Shown one piece after another: positions 42,201 through 51,897 of a stretch of DNA of 64,000 bases. Each line of letters begins with the position of its first letter. Position 1 is the first letter of the stretch. The position numbers and the translations under genes were made by a program. The stretch is from Hormiphora californensis (taxonomy: Eukaryota > Animalia > Ctenophora), in contig CM035355.1 of assembly GCA_020137815.1 (NCBI GenBank), positions 6,448,001 to 6,512,000 on the forward strand. Direction: 5' to 3'. A model generated the notes under the pieces. The model searched no databases and was not told where the DNA came from. It saw only the letters and a program-made list of their open reading frames with translations.

Positions 42201-43325
42201 ATTAGAGGGGGCTGTAACAAAAAGTGGATCTTGACGATCGTGTGCAAGTTCACTAGGATGGTTGAGGCTGTTCCGTTGACAAACGCTACAGCTGTTGTGA
42301 TAGCACGGGGTCTAGCAAACAATTGGGTTTTTAAGTATGGGGTGCCAGAGTGCATAGTGTCTGATAGAGGGGCGAATCTAACGACGGCTGTTGTAATTAA
42401 GGAGTTGTATGACGTTTTGGGGATAGAGAAGCGCCAAACAACAGCTTATCACCCCAAGGGTAATGGTCATGTCGAAGCCTATAACAAGGTGATGGTAGTG
42501 ACACTACGGAAAATGGTTGGAGAGTTTCCTAATACATGGCCAAACAAACTGCCTGCAGCCATATTTGCCATCAACAACTCTGTCTGTGAAAGTACGGGAT
42601 TTGCGCCTGCGTGTTTGTGGTTTGGAAGGGCTCTCAGAACCCCCACTGATTTAGTATTTGGGACGACCACTACGGAGTATTATGCTAGCAGTTATCACTG
42701 GGCTCGTAAGCTGTTTAAAGATGTGAGGGATACATTTAATATTGTAAGAGTGAACTCTAACAACACCCTCATGAAACATAAACTAGCTCATGACAAGAAA
42801 AAGAAGTTTCATCACACATATCAAGTGGGTCAGCGGGTGTTGGTGTGGAAACCTATAGCTCCGTGGGTAAAGGATTTTCGGAAGTTCAAGGTTGGGTTCT
42901 CTGGGCCGTGGGAAATCATTAAGGTCATCAGTGAATGGACATTTTTGGTAAAGTATGAAGCCACGGGGAAGCAAGAGGTAGTTCACTTTGACAAACTGAG
43001 GTTTATCGAAGACAGTTTACGAGCTACTCATTGGAACAAGAAACCTATGGGGCGGGGCACGAACAAAAATGTGACAGAGAAGGAACAAGAGACAGACTGT
43101 CACGTGGTGGATGAGGAAGATGAAAGTGATGAGGAGTTTCCGGGTGAGGAGATTTCTATAATGGACAACACTGGTTCTAATGTAGAAGAGCCAGAAAACT
43201 TCACTCTGGATAGTGAAGTGGTTCCTCAGCCCACACCGGTTGATGAAGGTCCAGTTGAAGAGGTGCAGACGGAAGAAAGCGATGAAGAACCTGATGTACC
43301 TAGGTATAACCTGAGACCTCGTTAG
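39235..43325 (+). pseudogene. pol: Pol polyprotein (PR-RT-RNaseH-integrase) with four single-base frameshifts (~40070, ~40290, ~41750, ~41990)
   Basis: ALIDCGA (protease); RIVLDFRELN, MPLGL, AFIDDIL (RT); VYTDASEKGIG (RNase H); GH..KKT...C..C, VAIDLVGP, IVSDRG, GHVEAYNK (integrase). Confidence 0.92.
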
Positions 43326-43742
43326 TGTATCGGGTAATGGGGTGAAAGATCATGGTGGGGTCCTGTATTCTATCGGTAGACGGTACCTTAGCATTATCAC
43401 TTGCATCATTCAAGATCACCTAGTTTTAGAAAGAAAAAGAAAATGTTCAAAAATATTATGAGAAAGTGTGTGAAAATCGTGTGCATATAGGTATAATAAG
43501 AAGGAATTCATATATCACATTAGAACACTCATACCGGTAAAGAGATGAACTGAAAGACTCTACAGGGTGATAAGAATGTGATATATGATTGATTTGCATA
43601 TTTTAGTTTTTGTGTTGATACCCCCTGCATCTCCCCACGAGAAAATTTTGGGTCATCGTGAGTAGAAGAGTAGTTTGGAGTTTGAGTTGAGACTAGTATG
43701 CGAGGTATACTAGAGATGTAATTAGTTGTTTGGTTCACCTCT

Positions 43743-44211
43743 CGGGGGGGGGTTCAGGATAAATGGTTCGGACGTATATGCCACTTAAGGGGGTGGGTGT
43801 TTTTTCAAAATTGCCACTTAATGTTTTTCGCTAAATGGTCATTTTTTGGCCAAATTTGGTCAATTTTCGGCCAAATTTGGTCAATTTTCGGTAAAAATTG
43901 AGATTCTTCGAGGTAGACCTGAAAAATTTTCAATTTTCAAAATTCAAATTTCAATTTTCTTGCGCGCGAAATTTTTTCTGGAAATTTTTTGGTTTTGTTC
44001 CCAGAAAACAGCCTAAATTTTGCCATTTTTTGGGCAAAAAAGCTAGTTTTTCGGTAAATTTTGGGGGTTTAGGGGTCTATTTGGGGTCTGACCACTAAAA
44101 GAAACTGATTAAGTGGTCAATTTTAGGGGGTGGGGGGGTCCTTTTGGATTTTGACCACTTAAGCAATTTTTAGGCATATACGTCCGACCACTTAATCCTG
44201 AACCCCCCCCG
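43743..44211. mobile_element. MITE nested in the gypsy 3' region, 7-bp TSD CACCTCT
   Basis: TIR cG9ttcaggat..tggt(t)cggacgtatatgcc at both ends. cacctct at 43736-43742 and 44212-44218. Confidence 0.88.
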
Positions 44212-44471
44212 CACCTCTGATAGTGTTATTATATAGCCTCTGTTTACTGTTAGTATGAATAATTCAGAATGAGATACAAGTGTTATGAAAGTGGAAGTAA
44301 TTTTGATATCTCCTTCTGGTGATCAACACACACACACGCCCTCCGTACAACGGTTATATAGGGGAATCTCACACACACACGGGCAGATCTCGGTCAAGGA
44401 GAGATTAATTGATTATTCAGAATAAAGAGATCTGAGCAAGAATTAAATAGGGAAGAAAATCGAAAAATACT

Positions 44472-44544
44472 GGGTTCGACCGGGAATTGAACCAGGGACC
44501 TCCAGAGAGACACGCTCGATGCTCTACCACTGAGCTACCGAACC
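44472..44544 (-). ncRNA. tRNA-like cloverleaf, inverted copy
   Basis: Reverse complement of 44841-44913. Confidence 0.7.
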
Positions 44545-44840
44545 CCTGTACAGATCGCATTTCTTCACACTGGTTCAATTCCCGGTCGAACCCAGTATTT
44601 TTCGATTTTCTTCCCTATTTAATTCTTGCTCAGATCTCTTTATTCTGAATAATCAATTAATCTCTCCTTGACCGAGATCTGCCCGTGTGTGTGTGAGATT
44701 CCCCTATATAACCGTTGTACGGAGGGCGTGTGTGTGTGTTGATCACCAGAAGGAGATATCAAAATTACTTCCTCTATCACATGGTGTCTAGCTAAGGGCA
44801 TGTGCTTGAACATAGTGTGAAGAAATGCGATCTGTACAGG

Positions 44841-44913
44841 GGTTCGGTAGCTCAGTGGTAGAGCATCGAGCGTGTCTCTCTGGAGGTCCCTGGTTCAATT
44901 CCCGGTCGAACCC
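44841..44913 (+). ncRNA. tRNA-like cloverleaf (pseudo-tRNA/SINE head), copy 1
   Basis: Acceptor stem GGTTCGG/TCGAACC, A box TAGCTCAGTGGTAGAGC, B box GGTTCAATTCC and TTTTT just downstream. The anticodon arm is non-canonical. Confidence 0.75.
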
Positions 44914-45160
44914 AGTATTTTTCGATTTTCTTCCCTATTTAATTCTTGCTCAGATCTCTTTATTCTGAATAATCAATTAATCTCTCCTTGACCGAGATCT
45001 GCCCGTGTGTGTGTGAGATTCCCCTATATAACCGTTGTACGGAGGGCGTGTGTGTGTGTTGATCACCAGAAGGAGATATCAAAATTACTTCCTCTATCAC
45101 ATGGTGTCTAGCTAAGGGCATGTGCTTGAACATAGTGTGAAGAAATGCGATCTGTACAGG

Positions 45161-45233
45161 GGTTCGGTAGCTCAGTGGTAGAGCATCGAGCGTGTCTCTC
45201 TGGAGGTCCCTGGTTCAATTCCCGGTCGAACCC
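45161..45233 (+). ncRNA. tRNA-like cloverleaf, copy 2
   Basis: Appears identical to copy 1, +320 bp. Confidence 0.75.
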
Positions 45234-45480
45234 AGTATTTTTCGATTTTCTTCCCTATTTAATTCTTGCTCAGATCTCTTTATTCTGAATAATCAATTAA
45301 TCTCTCCTTGACCGAGATCTGCCCGTGTGTGTGTGAGATTCCCCTATATAACCGTTGTACGGAGGGCGTGTGTGTGTGTTGATCACCAGAAGGAGATATC
45401 AAAATTACTTCCTCTATCACATGGTGTCTAGCTAAGGGCATGTGCTTGAACATAGTGTGAAGAAATGCGATCTGTACAGG

Positions 45481-45553
45481 GGTTCGGTAGCTCAGTGGTA
45501 GAGCATCGAGCGTGTCTCTCTGGAGGTCCCTGGTTCAATTCCCGGTCGAACCC
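45481..45553 (+). ncRNA. tRNA-like cloverleaf, copy 3
   Basis: Appears identical to copy 1, +640 bp. Confidence 0.75.
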
Positions 45554-45800
45554 AGTATTTTTCGATTTTCTTCCCTATTTAATTCTTGCTCAGATCTCTT
45601 TATTCTGAATAATCAATTAATCTCTCCTTGACCGAGATCTGCCCGTGTGTGTGTGAGATTCCCCTATATAACCGTTGTACGGAGGGCGTGTGTGTGTGTT
45701 GATCACCAGAAGGAGATATCAAAATTACTTCCTCTATCACATGGTGTCTAGCTAAGGGCATGTGCTTGAACATAGTGTGAAGAAATGCGATCTGTACAGG

Positions 45801-45873
45801 GGTTCGGTAGCTCAGTGGTAGAGCATCGAGCGTGTCTCTCTGGAGGTCCCTGGTTCAATTCCCGGTCGAACCC
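45801..45873 (+). ncRNA. tRNA-like cloverleaf, copy 4
   Basis: Appears identical to copy 1, +960 bp. Confidence 0.75.
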
Positions 45874-46561
45874 AGTATTTTTCGATTTTCTTCCCTATTT
45901 AATTCTTGCTCAGATCTCTTTATTCTGTTATGAAAGTGATATGAACGTGATATGAAGTGTTGAAATGAATAAGAGATTAAGGCTCGATCGAGCATGGGGT
46001 TGTATTGAGACAAGCCTCAGTTTTCCTACCTAAGACAGCTGCTTTAGATATCAGATATGAATATTTACTTAAATTATACGCATGTATAATCGCGTTCGAG
46101 TAACTGGGTACAACTGGTACACCCCTAATGAGCTCACTTTTCCCTGGTTGTACCCCTCCCTCTTATTGTCCTAAAAGTGATGTGTTAAGTGGCAAGTGTT
46201 CACGAAATGAGAATATGTGAAAAGATATGTGAATGAAATGAATAAGTGATATACAGAGGTTATTAAAGAGTTGAGGAGAAAGAGTTCAAAAAATGATAGA
46301 GGGGAGAGAGTGAGAGAGTTACAGTACTCCCTCAGTGTCTAGCATCGACGTCTCAATTTACAGTACGGGAGAATCTCATTCCCGCTTGAAAGTTTGTTCC
46401 TGATCACCAACAAAACATGGATCTCAATCCAAGCCTACTAACATCAAACCAACCTGAAACCTCGGACATCTACCTAAATGAAAGCCAGTTCCCGATCTAC
46501 ACAAGTTGATAGTGAAGCACCCTGTACTATGACACCTGCCACCGCTGAACTTGAAGAGCAT

Positions 46562-47125
46562 TCCTACTCACTGCATTCACTGCTGCAGAGGACCGGACTT
46601 GATTGCTACGTTTGAAATTGGCGCTGGACACATGGGGGATACTGAGAGAGAGAAAAAAAAAAGAAAAAAAAAAAAGAAAAGAAAAGAAATAAAGAGAGAA
46701 AGAGAATTTAACTTGTTTGTTTAGAATTATGCTAATAATAGATTTTCTTTTAACATAGTAGGGTACAGTGGTTGTAATTGTGCTGTCTGCAGGAAGGGGT
46801 GTATGCACACAGTGCCACTACAATTAGTGTAATCCCGGTATCATAATAAGTAATCATAATGTAATATTATTAGTGTGTCATACCCTATTACTTGGGTTAC
46901 TGCCTAGTGCCTACTGCACTAGGTGGTAACAGGGGTGAACCAATGAGTTAGAGTGAGTCGGCGACAAGTACTGTAACTAGAGTTAGCGTGTTTAGGAAAG
47001 TCAGAGATGCAGGGAGTAGTTCCGAGACAGTTCAGATTTATACCTATCCTTCTATTTTGCACCACCAAGTTCTGTGTTTTATAAAAGTCTAAAAAGTCAC
47101 CATAAAAGCCCGCAAGCGGAGAGCA
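46562..47125 (+). repeat. 3' LTR (5' boundary uncertain)
   Basis: Direct repeat of the 5' LTR; ends ...ggagagCA followed by the TSD. Confidence 0.9.
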
Positions 47126-49659
47126 CATGATCATCATCAACTTTATGGCGGATCCAAGGTGTTTATACAGGTCCCTACGGTTCATCAATAAGCTTAAAGA
47201 CAATGGAACCACTGTGAGTGTTAAAGGAAGTGTCCTCAACCAAATAGTAAGGTATATTGAGCATCACCTTGTCTATACTGAAGGACCGAACCATGTTCCG
47301 GATAAGATTATCGTTCTGATATTTAATATATTCGCCACTTTGATTACTGGTTCTTGTATTGAAACTCTCAGGACGAAGTACAACGGAAACGAATCAATGA
47401 TTTTGTTTAAAAGTATTGTTCGGGCCGCTAAGCTAAACAAAAGGTTCCCAAACTTGGATAAAGAACCCTTATTTCGGCTAACAGAACAGGCGATCGCTTT
47501 TATGGCCCTGGCGCATCCAAATCATTCTACTCTCGTTGAGGAAATGGAAACTATCTTGCCCAGCTTGGTGAAGGAAATGTGTATCAAAGATCCAGAGAGG
47601 CTCATTGACCTTTACACAGAGGATGGAACTCGTGTCTTGCGTAATGTGGCCGAAGAGGTGAGGAACGCAAATTTTGCAGACATTCTAAAAGTTGGCAGTT
47701 TTGCACAATGTCAAGAGGTCTTTGAAACAATTCAACGGTTGAAAAGTATAGTAGTAACCCAAGATCTGCGCCAGGGCATTCTTTCTTTTATGTCTGAAGC
47801 TCGAGAGCCCGTGGATGATTGGATAGATTACTCACTATTTGCTCTCTGTCTCTTCGATAAGAAGCGAGATACACCTACGGAAGTAAACCTCCTTGATGCT
47901 ATCGTCGGATTTCTCAAGGGACTCCGAGATATGAATTGTGAGAGATCAGTCAAACCAGAGGTCACAAGGATAGCGGAGGACATCATGCGACGTTTCAATG
48001 AAGCACTTTATGATGGTGAAGATGGTTTGTTAGATGAACATATCACCCTGATAATGGACCTGTTTGCCAAGTACCAAACCAAACGATTTAGCCGGTTCTT
48101 CAAGACGTATTTCTTCCATGGATCCTGGAACAATTCCAAAAAGTCGCACGAACTTCTACAAAAATCTTTCTTTTGGCTCACCATATCCCATCCGTACCTC
48201 CGGACTGTTCCAAACCGGGATCTTTATTGTCGCAGTTACAGAAACGGAAAACTCGATAGTTTTCACTGGGATTCATTAATTTACTTTAACATGGATCGTC
48301 TCCTGTCCATGCTTGCTGAACTTTGGCAGACTTCCCCAGAGAAATACTTAGTGGTGCTTTCCGATTTCTTCCTCGCTAAAGAGGATCAAAGTGACACATT
48401 CTGTGCTAAATCGCATCGGTCTGCAGTTTCGTCTGTCTGTGAAGCGATACAGCTAAGAGAGGACGACCCACCCGAGTTACTTCTACGTCTCTTCCTCTGT
48501 CTGATCAGATATTTTCAGGGGTTCAGCTCAAAGTTCCACCAGGCTTGGGAGTACCAGTTTGATTATATGGGGATAAAACTCTGCAATACTGAAAGTGTGG
48601 ACATTAGGGTGTGTGAGGTGGTCAAACCAAGACCAACCAAATATCGAAAGGCAACGTGGCACTGGCAACCATCTACAGGATTCACCAAATGCCAAGATAG
48701 GACCGTGAAAATTCTAGGAGAGGAGGGAGCGACAGGTGTGGAAGTGACTGAACGAGATCTGTCCTCTGTCGTTTTGAACAACATGCTGGTATCTAGTTTC
48801 GAGGAGAGTCGTACCCTGACCATTACCGTTCCTTCAGCCCCTCAACGCATCCTCGAGGCCCTGAAATTGATCCTGACCCAAAACGGGAAGGGTGTGGGCG
48901 AGCATGCCTCGCTACAGGATGTTTGGGAGTGGCTGTTACCATGGGCAACGATGTACCAAGTCGACGGGGTCTTCAACTATCTGGTTTATGTGATGAGAGA
49001 GAAATGTAACACCATGATGTCAGATGAATGGATGGTTGAGTTCGCAGTTCGCAGCAAACACCCTGCCTGGTTGATGCTTGTCTCTCAGAAGTTTCTAGTG
49101 GTGGATAACACTATGGTCGATCTTTTCTCGATTACTGAACTGGTCAACGCAGCTAATACGAGGGATAACTATCTTGTTAATATAATCAGTTACTATTGTT
49201 GTCCTCGCCGTGGTGGTGAGGGTAGTGATTATACAGAGATAGAGAGTAGCGATGAGTGAAAGTGTAAAGCGTATAATTGTATCTCCAGGAAAAAGGATAG
49301 TTTTTTAAGAGTTGTAATTTTAATTGATTTGTACACCAAGGGCTTAAGCAGCCGATATCATGTTACATTTATTTTATACTAGCACTATTTATTAAATCAT
49401 GTTAATTAATTTATTATTTTTAAACCGAAATGACAATTGCTTAATGCAGGCAAGTTTTTTACAATTTATTACCACAGTTTATACAATCAACCTATTTTAC
49501 TATTCTAATTCAAGTTTAAAAAATTCTGCCTTGTCTTATTATAATGTGTTGGCTAAGACCCCTGATAGCCCAAACCGCAAAACTCCAACACCCATTCTAA
49601 CCAAAATAATCTACCAACTAACACACATAACTTATTCCTAGGACCCTATTGGTACATTC

Positions 49660-51504
49660 ATGGCTGATCCACCTGCAAAGCGGCCCTGTCTCAACATCGA
49701 CAAGTCCTCTCGTAATGTGACCGAAGAGGTCAGGAACGCAAATTTTGCAGACATTCTCAAAGTTGGCAGTTTTGCACAATGCCAAGAGGTATTTGAAACA
49801 ATTCAGCGGTTGAAAAGGCTAGTAGTAACCCAAGATCTGTGCCAGGGCATTCTTTCTTTTATGTCTGAAGCTCGAGAGCCCGTGGATGATTGGATAGATT
49901 ACTCACTATATGCTCTCTGTCTCTTCGATAAGAAGCGAGATACACCTACGGAAGTAAACCTCCTTGATGCTATCGTCGGATTCCTTAAGGGACTCCGAGA
50001 TATGAGTTGTGAGAGATCAGTCAAACCAGTGGTCACAAGGATAGCAGAGGACATCATGCGACGTTTTAATGAAGCACTTTATGATGGTGAAGATGGTTTG
50101 TCAGATGAACATATCACCCTGATAATGGACCTGTTTGCCAAGTACCAAACCAAACGATTTAGCCGGTTCTTCAGGATGTATATCATTCGTGGGTCTTCGA
50201 GTAGTTCCAAAATGTCGTCCAAGATTCTACAGAAATCTTTATTTTGGCTTACGCTATCCCATCCGTACCTTCGGACTGTTGGAAACCGGGATCTTTATCG
50301 TTGCAGTTACAGAAATGGAAAGTTCTCTGATTTTGATTGGAGTTTATGTGTTTATTTAGACATTGATCATATCCTACCCATGCTGGCTGAACTTCGGCAG
50401 ACTTCCCCGGAGAAATACTTAGTGGTGCTTTCCGATTTCTTCCTCGCTAAACCGGATCAAAGTGGCACTTTTTGTATTAAATCCCATCGTTCCGCAGTTT
50501 CTTCTGTCTGTGAAGCGATACAGCTAAGAGAGGACGACCCACCCGAGTTACTTCTACGTCTCTTCCTCTGTCTGATCAGATATTTTCAGGGGTTCAGCTC
50601 AAAGTTCCACCAGGCTTGGGAGTACCAGTTTGATTACATGGGGATAAAACTCTGCAATACTGAAAGTGTGGACATTAGGGTATGTGAGGTGGTTAAACCA
50701 AGACCAACCAAATATCGAAAGGTAACGTGGCACTGGCAACCATCTACAGGGTTCACCAAATGCCAAGATAGGACCGTGAAAATCTTAGGAGAGGAGGGAG
50801 CACCAGGGGTGGAAGTGACCGAACGAGATCTGTCCTCTGTCGTTTTGAACAACATGCTGGTATCTAGTTTCGAGGAGAGTCGTACCCTGACCATTACCGT
50901 TCCTTCAGCAACTCAGCGCATCCTCGAGGCCCTGAAATTGATCCTGACCCAAAACGGGAAGGGTGTGGGCGAGCATGCCTCGCTACAGGATGTTTGGGAG
51001 TGGCTGTTACCATGGGCAACGATGTACCAAGTCGACGGGGTCTTCAACTATCTGGTTTATGTGATGAGAGAGAAACTACCGGCCCGGCAGCGTCGTCTGC
51101 CATGTAACACCATGATGTCGGATGAATGGATGGTTGAGTTCGCAGTTCGCAGCAAACACCCTGCCTGGTTGATGCTTGTCTCTCAGAAGTTTGTTGTGGT
51201 AGATAACACTATGGTCAATCTGCAGCCAGAGGATCTGATTTTCTCGATAACCGAACTGATCAACGCAGCTAATACGAGAGATAACTATCTTGTTAACATC
51301 ATCAGTTACTATTGTTGCCCGTGTCGATCATCAGCAGAGGAGGATCATGGAAGTTTACCCGATCCGAGTGATGACTGGATAAATCAAGATGATGTCGTTT
51401 GTGATGATGGCGGTCAGGGCGGTGAAGGCAGTCAGGGCGATGAGGGTGAAAGTGATAGTGATAGTCTAGAGTTTGATTACGAGAGTTCGATTACGAGAAT
51501 TTAA
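49660..51504 (+). CDS. Tandem family paralog 3, 614 aa, open frame with in-frame loss of roughly 260 N-terminal residues
   Basis: MADPPAKRPCLNIDKSSR joins directly to NVTEEVRNANF. The BTB region is intact and there is an acidic tail. Confidence 0.8.
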   Translation: MADPPAKRPCLNIDKSSRNVTEEVRNANFADILKVGSFAQCQEVFETIQRLKRLVVTQDLCQGILSFMSEAREPVDDWIDYSLYALCLFDKKRDTPTEVNLLDAIVGFLKGLRDMSCERSVKPVVTRIAEDIMRRFNEALYDGEDGLSDEHITLIMDLFAKYQTKRFSRFFRMYIIRGSSSSSKMSSKILQKSLFWLTLSHPYLRTVGNRDLYRCSYRNGKFSDFDWSLCVYLDIDHILPMLAELRQTSPEKYLVVLSDFFLAKPDQSGTFCIKSHRSAVSSVCEAIQLREDDPPELLLRLFLCLIRYFQGFSSKFHQAWEYQFDYMGIKLCNTESVDIRVCEVVKPRPTKYRKVTWHWQPSTGFTKCQDRTVKILGEEGAPGVEVTERDLSSVVLNNMLVSSFEESRTLTITVPSATQRILEALKLILTQNGKGVGEHASLQDVWEWLLPWATMYQVDGVFNYLVYVMREKLPARQRRLPCNTMMSDEWMVEFAVRSKHPAWLMLVSQKFVVVDNTMVNLQPEDLIFSITELINAANTRDNYLVNIISYYCCPCRSSAEEDHGSLPDPSDDWINQDDVVCDDGGQGGEGSQGDEGESDSDSLEFDYESSITRI

Positions 51505-51897
51505 TAGTCCTTGTAAGAGTGACATAGGTCTAATTTTAAACCAAAGCCTTTTTAAAGAACTGTTTCGCAAGAGTGTTTCATTATTATTTTAACATGTAAC
51601 ACGTAAGTTTTATACCTACAGCACAAAGTATCTTATAAAATTAATTTATTATTTTTAATTCGAAATGACCATTGCTTAACGTGGGCTGATTTTTTACAAT
51701 TTATTAACTCAGTTTATAAAATCAAACTATTTTATTATTTTAATTCAAGTTTATAAAATTTTACCGTGTTTTATTATATAATGCGTTAGCTAAGACCCCC
51801 TGATAGCCCGAACCCCAAATCCTCAACTCCCACTCTAACTAACATAATTTACCAACTAACACACATAACTTATTCCTAGGACCCTATTGTTACACTC

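Larger units (their letters stand above)
44294..45925 (+). mobile_element. Retroposed tandem array of a 320-bp tRNA-like unit (about 4.2 direct units plus one inverted partial unit), 13-bp TSD
   Basis: TGTTATGAAAGTG at 44281-44293 and 45926-45938. 44294-44570 is the reverse complement of most of the unit. The period is exactly 320 bp from 44570 to 45925. Confidence 0.92.
37270..47125 (+). mobile_element. Ty3/gypsy LTR retrotransposon, full length, 4-bp TSD CATG
   Basis: Near-identical direct repeats 37277-37839 and 46562-47125 with TG...CA outer termini. CATG at 37266-37269 and 47126-47129. Primer-binding site present. Domain order gag-PR-RT-RH-INT. Confidence 0.96.
36946..49259 (+). pseudogene. 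Tandem family paralog 2, split by the gypsy insertion (5' part 36946-37269, 3' part 47126-49259)
   Basis: Removing 37270-47129 restores ...VLRSNALNM-IIINFMADPR, collinear with paralog 4 (VLRSNDLNMIISNFMADPR). Confidence 0.9.

Noticed and set aside
44570-44890. Hammerhead ribozyme in the 320-bp unit
   Set aside because: No CUGANGA...GAAA core was found by eye on either strand. Other ribozyme classes are not excluded.
44570-45925. CRISPR array or functional tRNA gene cluster
   Set aside because: The units are wholly repeated with no unique spacers, and the context is eukaryotic. The cloverleaf has mismatched anticodon and T stems and lacks U33, so no isotype is assigned.
43326-46561. env-like third ORF in the gypsy element
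   Set aside because: After removing the two nested insertions, about 1.1 kb of AT-rich sequence remains with no long ORF.
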